A stretch of DNA of 64,000 nucleotides from Octopus sinensis. Lineage: Eukaryota. The stretch is taken from contig NC_043003.1 of the NCBI RefSeq assembly GCF_006345805.1, positions 60,388,001 to 60,452,000 of the forward strand, given 5' to 3'. Both the position numbers and the translations under genes were made by a program. The notes beneath the pieces were generated by a model, which was not told the origin of the DNA, ran no database searches, and saw only the letters and a program-made list of their open reading frames with translations. Shown here piece after piece: positions 12,783 through 23,681 of this stretch (position 1 is its first letter; every line of letters begins with the position of its first letter).

Positions 12783-13235
12783 TATGTGTGTATGTATGTA
12801 TGTATGCATGTATAGAGAGAGATAGAGATGCATGATAGATAGATAGATAGATATTACATGACTTCAACTTTGTTACTTACCAACGTGATATTTCTGAGAT
12901 GAATCTTCTGCGTGTCTTTGTAGCCAGTTAAATTAAAGATAACATGTCACATAATATATTAATAATATACATATTTATATCAAGAATATGCTTGTTGTGT
13001 TACTACAGAAAAGATACAATGCACGCCAAAATTATTTTCTATATTTATTCTGTATATTTATTCTGCCTTGTTTAAGACTAACTTCATGGTTTGATCATAC
13101 TTCCCCTCCATGGATCATTAGTGAAAGCGTTATTACGTGTTACTCTCTATGTCTTCGCATATATGGCCTCGCGCCGACCAAACCCTTCTGAGTGGATTTT
13201 GTAGACGGAAATTGAAAGAAGCCCATCGCATATAT

Positions 13236-13576
13236 TCTTTTATTTGTTTCAGTCATTTGACTGCGGCCATAATGGAGCGCCGCCTTTAGTCGAACAAATC
13301 GACTCCAGGACGTATGCTTTGTAAGCCAAGAACTTATTCTACCGGCCTCTTTTTGCCGAACCGCTAAGTTACGGGTATGTAAACACACCAACATCGGTTA
13401 TAAAGCGTTGGCGATGGTGGAGGCAAACCCAAACACACAAATACATACATGCATGCATAAATACATACATACATATATATAGCGGTTCGGCAAAAAGAGG
13501 CCGGTAGAATAAGTTCTTGGCTTACAAAGCATACATTCCTGGGGTCGATTTGTTCGACTAAAGGCGGCGCTCCACT

Positions 13577-13630
<54 letters not shown>

Positions 13631-13791
13631 CGACCGCTTTGTTTCAGTTTCTGTCTACCAAATCCACTCACAAGGCTTTGGTCGACTCACAGCTATAGTA
13701 GAAAACACCTGCCCAAGGTGCCACGCAGTGGGATTGCACCAGGAACTACGTGGTTGGTAAGCAAGCTACTTACCACACAGCCCCTCCTAGG

Positions 13792-13794
<3 letters not shown>
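13236..13794 (-). mobile_element. SINE family A carrying an internal 94-bp inverted duplication
   Basis: Tail 13236-13430, head 13630-13794; 13481-13574 is the reverse complement of 13273-13365. Confidence 0.85.
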
Positions 13795-13831
<37 letters not shown>

Positions 13832-13931
13832 TAAAAACGGTAAGATAACAAAAGAAAGAAAGAGACCTCAATATTATGTAAATAGAGGAAATTTATCAAT
13901 AAAATAATATGTTACATTTACTCAATAGTCA

Positions 13932-13994
13932 AGATAAAACTCTGAGTTTCAGATGCCGAAGTGGAAATCCACAACACCATCCCTTCGGTTATCT
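13932..13994 (-). ncRNA. Hammerhead-like motif in inverted pLTR (U4C, A9G)
   Basis: rc: agataa CCGAAGG GATG..CATC T GAAA CTCAGAG T T ttatct; 6-bp stem I. Confidence 0.45.
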
Positions 13995-15491
13995 GGCCAT
14001 CTGAAAAACGCTATGAAAAGATACCGTTATATAAAGGGAAATTACTGTGTTATAATTCTGCTCGCGGACCCACGTCACTATGAAAACGTACACATCTTCA
14101 CTCGCAACAGTAAAGAAGAGGAAAAATAAAAATAGGAAGATCATCTGGTTTACACCCCCTTACGCATCCGAGGTGACCTTCAATATAGGTAAATATTTCT
14201 TAACACTGATAGATAGACATTTTCCAGTTAACCATACTTATAGGAAACTCTTCAATAAACACAATTTAAAAATTAGTTTTAGTTCTACTACCTAAATTTT
14301 AAAATATAATCACATATAACACACAAAACAACAAAAGAAACAGCTGTTGTCATGCAGGAATAAAAAAATGTGCCCGCTAAATGGAGCTTGCATGTCCGAG
14401 ACCAGCATCTATGAAGCTACCGTGGACTCTATAACCACTAAAGACACCGTTTCGACGAAGAAATACGTGGGCCTTACAGAGGGTAATTTCAAGGCCAGGT
14501 TCAATAACCACACCTTGAGTTTTAGGCACTGGAACAAAAGAAAAGCGACAAAATTATCTAATCATATATGGTCTTTAAAAGATAAAGGTGTCGATTATAA
14601 CATCCATTGGAAGATTTTGGCCAAATGTAAGCCCTACACCAACGGCAGCTGAAGGTGCGGTCTATGCGACATGGAGAGATGGCTTATCTGGAAAAGCAGC
14701 TTAGACCCTACTATATGTCTAAACTCAAGGACAGAACTTTTCAGATCATGCCCATATGTGACTAAATTTTTGTTACGTTTTTGGTCCCTTAAAGAAAACA
14801 GATAGAGCTTGCTTTCTATATTATGTCCCAAAAAGTTTTTTATCTCATTATACCTTTTATTATTTCATATATATTTTTATATTTTCACACATTAATTTTT
14901 TCTGTACTTTTCTATCCTGCATTTTTTCCTGTGCCTATATAGATGTGTATATAGATTCATGTGTACACGTGTGTGAATATGTATGAGAGGGCAGTTTTAG
15001 ATGTGTGCGTGTGTGCGGGCATAAGAATGCACATATATATATAGACGTTTTTACTTAGTATTTTTCCATTTTTTTTTTGGCGGGGGGCATATGTATATTC
15101 ATTTTTTGTATATGCGTGTGTATGTATGCGTATATAAATATGTGCGGGTATGTACATATGGGCGTGTGTGTGTATGAGTGCATAGGGGCATGTCCATATA
15201 TGAACGTGGTTTTTATGCTTTGTATACTTCCTTATGTTTTTTCTGTTACCTTTAACCATGGTTTTTCTTGTGCTTGTGCGTATATAGACGTATGTATGAA
15301 CTTTTACGGTACGCATGTGTGTGTGTATGAGTTTGTATATAGATGCGTATATATTTGCCGAAAAATGCGAGTGAAGATGTGTACGTTTTCATAGTGACGT
15401 ATAAGTACGCACGTGGGTTCGCGAGCAGAATTATAACACAGTAATTTCCCTTTATATAACGGTATTTTTTCATAGCGTTTTTCAGATGGCC

Positions 15492-15554
15492 AGATAACCG
15501 AAGAGATGGTGTTGTGGATTTCCACTTCGGCATCTGAAACTCAGAGTTTCGTCT
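15492..15554 (+). ncRNA. Hammerhead-like motif (U4C core, extra U before GAAA)
   Basis: agataa CCGAAGA GATG [22 nt] CATC T GAAA CTCAGAG T T tcgtct. Confidence 0.55.
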
Positions 15555-15600
15555 TGACTTGAGTAATAGTAACATATTCTTTATATATTTATATATATTA

Positions 15601-15641
<41 letters not shown>

Positions 15642-15722
15642 TATATTATATATATAATATATATATATAAGATTAAAAAAGGAAAATACATACCTTTACA
15701 TAGTTTTAATATAATTTTTAAT

Positions 15723-15756
15723 ATATCGACCGGTTCGCTTTCGCTATTCATGATAT
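15723..15756 (-). ncRNA. Defective copy of the A3:U8 hammerhead (GAAA reduced to GAA)
   Basis: rc: atatc ATGAATA GC gaaa GC GAA CCGG T C gatat. Confidence 0.5.
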
Positions 15757-15918
15757 TATGGTTTACTTATCTGAATATGTATTTTCATAAGAAGAATTTT
15801 TGTCCATGTTGTATGTAATGATATTTACGATGAATGACTTCACGATTACATCACTGTACATAAATCACCTCACTAAAGTTTTTCGAAACCTTTTTTTCTG
15901 TCTGTATATATATATATA

Positions 15919-15956
<38 letters not shown>

Positions 15957-16204
15957 ACAATTTTTTCGAAACCTTTTTTTGTCTGTGCATATATATCTAT
16001 TATATATATATATGTATATTCCCCTTCCCTTACCGAAAGCAGAACAGTTATCTCCCTTGCCTACAACAATAACAATAATAACGATAACCAATTACCTCCC
16101 CTTATTTCTGTACATGTAAAGTTATTCACTCGGAAATATCATCACACACAACATGGGCAAACATTTCTTCTTAAGAAAATACATATTCAAATAAGTAAAC
16201 TATA

Positions 16205-16239
16205 ATATCATGAATAGCGAAAGCGAAACCGGTCGATAT
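16205..16239 (+). ncRNA. Minimal type I hammerhead with compensated A3:U8 core
   Basis: atatc ATGAATA GC GAAA GC GAAA CCGG T C gatat: 5-bp stem I, GNRA-capped stem II, palindromic ACCGGT stem III, GUC site. Confidence 0.7.
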
Positions 16240-16424
16240 ATTAAAAAGTATATTAAAACAATGTAATGTGTGTGTATTTTCCTTTTTTAATTTCTTATAT
16301 ATATTACAACTCACCACGTGGGGATAATCGAAATTCCTTCTTTACTGTTACTACTATTATATATATATATGTGTTTGTGTGTGTGTTGTGTGTGTGTGTG
16401 TGTGTGTGTGTATACGTGTGTGTG

Positions 16425-16640
16425 TACCTTCGTGTCATTACTTTGTCCAGTACCACTGCTTGGCAACCGGAGTTGGTGTGGTTATGTCTCCGTAACTTAG
16501 AGGTTCGGGAAAGCAACCGATGAAACAAGTACCAGACTTAAAGAAGACGAAGACGTTAAGTTCTAGGGTAGAGTCATTCGACTAAATTTTTTTTATTAGC
16601 TGCACCACAGCATGGACGAAAGAAATAAAAGGTAAAAGGA
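16425..16640 (+). mobile_element. SINE family A, 3' half, degenerate
   Basis: GTAACTTAGAGGTTCGGGAAAGCAACCGAT..TTCGACTAAA. Confidence 0.7.
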
Positions 16641-16659
16641 AAAAGAATGGATGGACAAG

Positions 16660-16891
16660 GTTCCTTCACGGGTCATATAGTCCCATGGGTTAGGTTTCCC
16701 GGTTTCTGTGACGTATATATTTCCCCCTGGATGGGACGCCGGTCCGTAGCACGAATGCGCATTTTTGACGACTAACAGGACTTGAGCAACGTGAAATGAT
16801 GCATTTTGTTCAAGAATACATTACATCGTCCGGACCAGAAATCGAAACCTCAATCTTGAGTCCAACACCCTAACCACGAAAACACGCACCT
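16660..16891 (-). mobile_element. tRNA-derived SINE (body Y, tail alpha), degenerate
   Basis: Homologous to 7552-7794. Confidence 0.75.
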
Positions 16892-17350
16892 ATAATAACA
16901 ACATCAACCTAACAGCACAGAATGTCAACGATGGTGCACACATGTGGTCACTTTATATGGTAGAAACGGTAGACAAAACTTCCTGTACTAATACTCGACT
17001 GTGTTATGAATACACGAATGCCCCATGCGTGCATGTGTGTGTATTCAGATACGCACTTATACACACACGCACGCACACATTTATATATATATATATATAT
17101 AGAAATGTCCCTATGTATGTGTGTATGTGTGTATGTGTCTAACTCTGTGTGTGGTGTGTGTGTGTGTTTGTGTGTGTTTGTGTGTGTGTGCGCGCGAGTT
17201 TTAGTCGAGATATACTGCCTCGGGGAATGTAGATAAGAATTATGTCGGACGAAACGAAAATTATTATTAAAAGATAAATGAAGAAAAAATAATGGTGCAA
17301 AATAAAATATTCGAAATCAGATAAAAAAAAAAAATATATATATATATATA

Positions 17351-17666
17351 TGTATAATGGACCATGATAAGAAGCCAATCACTGATAAGATTGCATATAC
17401 AACATATCTAAAATTATAGAATATTATGCTAGTAGTAAGTGGCTTATCATAGGTATAGCCATGTGGTTAAGAAGTCGCTTCTCAGCCAGATGGTTCAGTC
17501 TCGATTCAAAACATCTGTACAGCACCTAGAATAAAGGACATTTACTCCAGTATCAGAAGGCCATGAGAATGAAATTTCTAAGGAGTGACTATACGGCACC
17601 CTGTCATACCAATTCATCCCATCTATCTATCTACCTATCTATCTATCTATCTACTATCTATCTATG

Positions 17667-17697
<31 letters not shown>

Positions 17698-17724
17698 CCT
17701 ATCCATCCCTATCTTCCATCTATC

Positions 17725-17755
<31 letters not shown>

Positions 17756-17829
17756 CATCTATCTATCTTCTATATATATACTTTATTTATATATATATAT
17801 ATATATACTTTATATATGATATATATATC

Positions 17830-17878
<49 letters not shown>

Positions 17879-18288
17879 GGCATGTATGTATATATAATAT
17901 ATATATTATATTATGTATAATGGACCATGATAAATAAGCCAAATCACTGATAAGATTGCATATACAACATATCTAAAATTATAGAATATTATATGCTAGT
18001 AGTAAGTGGCTTATCATAGGTATAGCCATGTGGTTAAGAAGTTCGCTTCTCAGCCAGATGGTTCAGGTCTCGATTTCAAAACATCTGTACAGCACCTAGA
18101 ATAAAGGACATTTACTCCAGTATCAGAAGGCCATGAGAATGAAATTTCTAAAGGAGTGACTATACGGCACCCTGTCATACCAATCTCATCCCATCTATCT
18201 ATCTACCTATCTATCTATCTATCTCCTATCTATCTATACTATCTATCTATCTATCTATCTACCTATCCATCCTATCTATCTATCTATC

Positions 18289-18319
<31 letters not shown>

Positions 18320-18422
18320 CATCTATCTATCTATCTATATACTTATATATATATTATATATATATACTTTATATATTATATATATATATAATATATATAT
18401 AATATATATATATATGTACATG

Positions 18423-18470
<48 letters not shown>

Positions 18471-18490
18471 TATATATATATATATATATA
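17351..18490. repeat. Two-copy tandem duplication, period about 563 bp
   Basis: TGTATAATGGACCATGATAA at 17351 and 17914; the unique parts differ almost only by small indels. Confidence 0.9.
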
Positions 18491-18492
18491 TA

Positions 18493-18571
18493 GGCGTAGG
18501 AATGGCTTTGTGGTAAGTAGCTTACTTACCAACCACACGGTTCCGAGTTCAGTCCCACTGCATGGTACCTT
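18493..18571 (+). mobile_element. SINE family A head, truncated
   Basis: GGCGTAGGAATGGCTTTGTGGTAAGTAGC..GAGTTCAGTCCCACTGC. Confidence 0.85.
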
Positions 18572-18689
18572 CCGTTCCCCGCTCGTCTATGCGCCGGGGC
18601 CGCCAGCGACAGGCCTGCGCCAGTGGCCGAAAGGCTGTCGCGAGATCCACGTGGTTGATTCCATGACGTGGTACGACCCGTAAATTCAC

Positions 18690-19067
18690 GTAAAACATCC
18701 GTGAGTTATCGGAAAATGTGCAGATTAGTTACGGTTCAGTTCAGTCCATTATCACTGAAGATTTGGGTACGAGACATGTGCCTGTCAAGTTTGAGCCAAA
18801 ACTGCTTTCAGCTGACCAAAAACACATTCGGGTTTCAGTTGTACAAGATCTTGATTGTATCGAGAACAATAAAAATTTTTGAAAACTTTTCGTAGGCCTC
18901 TGAGCAGGTATTGCCAAGCTTTTGGCAAAATTTGATGCAGATCCTCTGTTCAGCTTTCTCTGTCATTGTCAGTTCGACGATCACACGCTACACACCTTCC
19001 TTTCCAAGCACTGTTGTAAACAGGGGAAGTGAGTTAGAACTTTAAACTTAGGGCGCATGTGCAACAG
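18690..19067. mobile_element. Mariner derivative, partial copy of the fold-back family
   Basis: Plus: ELSENVQISYGSVQSIITEDLG. Minus 18890-18970: MTEKAEQRICIKFCQKLGNTCSEAY. Same junction as the 42357 copy. Confidence 0.8.
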
Positions 19068-19261
19068 CGTGTATATAATATACTGTTTTGTGATACCAAG
19101 ATCAGCAAAAAAAGGACTCCATCTTGTGAGAGCTAAATATTATTTAATATACACTATACTTGTTTTTATGAAACTATTTATAGTACATTATAACATACAC
19201 TGTGTCTATTAAATAATATATGTACATAAATATACATATATATACACATATATATACACGT

Positions 19262-19480
19262 CTCTTTTACACTTTTACTTGTTTCAGTCATTTGACTGTG
19301 GCCACGATGGAGCACCGCCTTTAGTGGGGCAAATCGACCCCAGGACTTATTCTTTGGAAACCTAGTACTTATTCTATCGGATCTTTTGCCGAACAGCTAC
19401 TTTACGGGGTCGTAAACACACCAGCATCGGTTGTCAAGAGATGTTGGGGGGGTAAACACAGACACTCAAACACACACACA
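19262..19480 (-). mobile_element. SINE family A, 3' half (head remnant at 21157-21202; split by a PLE)
   Basis: CTTTTACTTGTTTCAGTCATTTGACTGTGGCCACGATGGAGCACCGCC. Confidence 0.85.
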
Positions 19481-19516
19481 AACACACACACACACCACAC
19501 ACACACACACATACAA

Positions 19517-19558
<42 letters not shown>

Positions 19559-20439
19559 GACTACAAGAACTAAAAGATACCCTAATCACCAGGAACTATC
19601 CACCTTCACTTATTGACAAGTGCATTCAACGTGCCCTTCAACTTAACATCAAGGAACTGAGACATCCCAAATCAAAGAAAAACTTACAACCAAAAGCCTT
19701 ACCATACATCTCCACACACAACCCTCTCAATAACGAAGCCTTCGACACCATCCTCCACAACATACCCCTCCTAAAAAAAGACCACAGAATGAACACAATC
19801 CTCCAAACACACACGATCATAAAAAGCAAAAGACAGCCTAGATCCATGAAAAGTCTCCTTACACAAGCCCGAATTCACTCTTCAACACAGAAGCCGACAG
19901 TAAAAAAATGTGGAAGACCCAATTGCGGGATATGCGACTATCTAATCGAGGGTTCTGAGTTCTCCTTCAAACAGGGACAACGGTTTACAGTGAAAAGCAA
20001 CTTCACATGTGCTTCGGAGAACCTAATATACTCACTAACCTGCTCCGGGTGTCAAGAGCAGTACATAGGCCAAACAAAAAATGGTTTGCGTAAACGAATG
20101 GCCCTGCACAGATCCCAGATAAAAATTCCCCAAAACAGAAAAATAGCTTTTAGCCAACACATAGATACTTGCGCCAACAAAAAAACACCAACTTCAGAAT
20201 TTCCCCCTCTACCAATTTAGGGACGATACAACCTCGAGACAAAGAATAAGTAAAGAAAATCTCTTTATTACAAAATACAAGCCACTTCTTAACGGGTCTA
20301 CGACAAACAATTAATATACCTCAACTTTAGAATAAAAGAAAAAAAATATATATACACACACAAATACTACACTCCATAGAATCCATTACTAATCAGCCCC
20401 TTCATAGCTATATTTACACCCATTCATATTCTCCCTTCT

Positions 20440-20665
20440 CTGTTTTTTTCTTCTTCTTCTTCTTCATCATCATCGTTATCATCATCATCGGCGTCATCAT
20501 CATCGCCACCATCATCACCACAATCTTCTCCTTCTCCTCCTTCTTCTTCTTCATCATCATCGTTATCATCATCATCGTCGTCATAATCATCACCACCATC
20601 ACCATCATCTTCTCCTTCTCCTTCTCCTTCTTCTTCTTCTCTTCTTCTTCTTCTTCTTCTCCACC
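20440..20665. repeat. Compound (CTT)/(CAT)n repeat with about 85-bp higher-order duplication, in the PLE 3' region
   Basis: Direct reading. Confidence 0.85.
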
Positions 20666-21011
20666 CCTACCCCTTAAGTTTGTCACTAATGTTTTTTAGT
20701 ATAACACCTACGCTAATTCTATAAACAAGCCTGTCAATATAAATATTCTCCTGAATTGAACTGAGACTGCCAGCCGCCACTGACCATTCAAAATACGACC
20801 ATCAGGGCACTCCCAGATTCTCCCACCCCCCTTTCCTCACCAGCCTTCCCTCTACTACCCTACCAACAACTCACAACTACCTCGAACACACAAGTGCAAA
20901 CAAGGAGTCAGAGAAAGGCAGAATGCCACTTAAATCTGAACACTACTATAGAAATATTCTTTTAAGAAAACTTTTCTTCTAATTTTTCTAAATTTAATTA
21001 TTTAATCGTTA

Positions 21012-21049
21012 CAGTTGAAAAGGTCTCCAAATGACCGAAACCGGTACTG
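21012..21049 (+). ncRNA. Minimal type I hammerhead with compensated U3:A8 core
   Basis: cag TTGAAAA GGTC tccaaat GACC GAAA CCGG T A ctg, located in the PLE terminal repeat. Confidence 0.75.
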
Positions 21050-21100
21050 AAATGTTCACTATAAAATTATTTTAGCATTTTCTATTTTTTACTTGTTTTT

Positions 21101-21154
<54 letters not shown>

Positions 21155-21679
21155 ATAAACGACAGGCTTCTTTCAGTTTCTGTCAACCAAATCCACTCAC
21201 AAGTTTTGCAGTTTTTATTTATTTATCCAGTTTATTTGTTTATTTGTTTACAAAAATAATCACTAATTAGATACGTTACACGTTACCTAAGATATACTAA
21301 TAGAAAACACTACATGCATTCACTAACAAATCCGTAGTTAGAATTCACTAGGCAAATTGTGCCCATAACAACCCTATATTATTATTGTTATTTTTGTCAT
21401 TACCGTTGTTGAGATTATATTGTTACAGTCAGTGTTATTTCTATTCGTACGTATGTACCTACAGTTATTTATTTGTCTACTTATTTATTTACTTATATGT
21501 TTATATTCTTCTCTTATATTTTTTAATTATTTTGTTCTATATGATTCTTTTCCCATAGTTTTAGTTGCTTTAATTGTTTTACTTGTTGTATTTGTTTTAT
21601 TAGTTTTATTTTGTTCGTTTACTTGTTCCTGCTGCCCATTGATTTAATTGATAGCCATCAATGAACCAGAACCACGCCA

Positions 21680-22300
21680 TTGCTTCCAAATAAGAGCTGA
21701 GCAATTGGGTTGTAGGACTGACCATGACCCCACTCCACTACACATAGAGGTTTCGAGATTAGTTGATGGGCAAAAATGTAACGAACACTTAACATCGCAT
21801 CTTAGCCTCACCTAGTTTTCTCTCATTGATACACTCAGTACCGAATTTCCCAAGATGGGTTCATAAGTTGCTTATGCCATATCCTTTGCAACGCTACACC
21901 TACTAACTGACATTCTACATATAAACGTTCGCCCCTGTAACATGGACTATACCATCAAACCCACCACTAAAGTATTATGGAAACACAATGTGAACTACTG
22001 CCCAAAATTATCCCTCCTGAAAAAATTCCTTCTGAGAACGACTACATTCACCTACCCACCACTGGATGAAGTAACATGGACCTTATAAATATATTACGAG
22101 AAGTATGTCCCTTATTTCTCCTTGCTATGCCCACAACATTGTACTATGTTGTATTTCCCTTGTATTCTTGTATTTGCTCTTACACTTATTCTTATTCTAC
22201 TCTGTTTAGAAGGATAAGCACACCTTATCTATTCTTAACTGACTTTTATATGCGTTAGCCCCCACAGCTACTTAGACCCTCTGAAGAAGCCTAGGGGCGC
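21680..22300 (+). mobile_element. Very degenerate PLE 3' remnant with truncated hammerhead
   Basis: VGLT.T and RWVHKL..P resemble the GIY-YIG region; CTGAAGAAGCCtagGGGCG at 22281-22299 is cut before GAAA. Confidence 0.35.
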
Positions 22301-23225
22301 ATCCATTATTCAACCCTTGTCTGCTCATCCTTGCATAACACTGAAGTGATGAAGATAACCTGGAAGATTTTGTTGCCTCTCGGCAGAAACGGCTGTAGGA
22401 AGCTAGTACCTACACACCCATTTAGATTTTTGCTCAGTTGTTCATTTGTTTTTATATGCTTATATGTATTCATACCCTTGTCTCTGCAGTTACCAGGTTT
22501 TTTCCACTCAGTAATCTGTATCACTCATACATGTATGAGTATTCATCCAATACATTTGAATAAACAGACATACTTGAATGTTTACCGGTTGATGTCTTTC
22601 GATTTTATATCCTGTCGGTGTTTTTATTTGCCGTATAAATTAAGGGTAAACCACTCGTTTACTCCCGCCCATATACAATACTCAGTTGTGAGATTGCCAG
22701 GCAATAACTAGCACTTGGCTATGAATAATTAGGTACATTACCAGCAGTGAATTGGATAGGTACTATCCTTTAGTTGGTTCCTCAAACTCTAGCTCACACA
22801 GAAATATATATCTATCTATATATATCTATCTATATATATATATATACATATATATATATGGGGGGGGGTATACACCTCTAGGTTTATTTATACGACCTTG
22901 TAAAACAGCTCGAGTTGTGTCCCATGGTCCCTGGTGAACTTAGCCATTTTGTAGATATCGAGGAAAATGTACCATCCAGCAATATATATTGAAGTGAATA
23001 CATTCGCCAAAATCTTTTTAAAACAGTCTCCCACCTTGGCTATATTCCAAACAGGGGAACCAATAAATTAAAAAGTATTTTAGCTTATCTTTACAAACAA
23101 ATCTTACGCTACATCTGAGATTACTTATAACAGCACAAATGTGTAAAGTGTGAAATTATATTCCGAACAAAGTAAGAATATGAAAACTTTATTCACGACT
23201 CTCCCCTGTAAACAATACTTGCAGC

Positions 23226-23374
23226 CACTAGAGTAGCTGGGGCGGGGAAGGGGTGGTCCGCCCGGCGCAGCACTTTTGGCTGTAGGTTCCCTTTCGGAAC
23301 TGTGTTTTTGTGGGGTCCGGGGGAGGCAAACAAAAGGGCCGCCCCGGGCGGCACACACTCTAGCTACGCTAGTG
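23226..23374. mobile_element. hAT-type MITE, 149 bp
   Basis: TIRs CACTAGAGTAGCTGG / CTAGCTACGCTAGTG; exact 8-bp TSD CTTGCAGC at 23218-23225 and 23375-23382. Confidence 0.85.
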
Positions 23375-23642
23375 CTTGCAGCTAATCTTATTTTTGAAGC
23401 TAATAATCGTATGTTATGCCTACTTTCTACACTTGTCTGAGAGGTAAAATTTATCTCCATTTAAACATGGATGCTCTGTTAGAATAAATTTTACTGCGGT
23501 AGATACCATGAGAAAAACTCTACTGGTGCAAAATGCACGCTTGTTTACATCGTCTGCGAAGGGAGAAACACACACACACACTCACACACACTCACATATA
23601 TATATATATGTGTGTGTGTGTGCGTGTGTGTGTGTATGTATG

Positions 23643-23681
<39 letters not shown>

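Larger units (their letters stand above)
13827..15590 (+). mobile_element. Naiad-type Penelope-like element, 5'-truncated, with inverted 5' pLTR
   Basis: KIIWFTPPY..IGKYFL..HNLKISFS; SCRNKKMCPLNGAC..IYEA..KYVGLTEGNFKARFNNH (GIY-YIG); RCGLC. About 13890-14105 is the reverse complement of about 15367-15590. (TA)n on both flanks. Confidence 0.85.
15695..16270 (+). mobile_element. Short PLE 3' remnant with inverted pLTR
   Basis: About 15695-15830 is the reverse complement of about 16132-16270 (about 85% by eye); each arm carries a hammerhead motif. Confidence 0.65.
19561..21100 (+). mobile_element. Neptune/Penelope-type PLE, 5'-truncated (RT thumb, Zn linker, GIY-YIG, pLTR)
   Basis: Frame 19561-20220 is open for about 220 codons: RNYPPSLID..CGRPNCGIC..FTCASENLIYSLTCSGCQEQYIGQTKNGLRKRMALH; continues in another frame to KYKPLLNG. 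Confidence 0.9.

Noticed and set aside
12875-12900. Minus-strand CAG|13 nt|GTAAGT microexon
   Set aside because: Not frame-preserving, poor pyrimidine tract, expected by chance.
14650-14652. TGA in the Naiad GIY-YIG region as selenocysteine
   Set aside because: It aligns to a basic residue (GS*RCGLC), not a Cys; CGA-to-TGA decay explains it, and nearby Cys codons are TGC/TGT.
23125-23460. 111-aa GC-rich ORF as a host gene
   Set aside because: It is a read-through of the hAT MITE.
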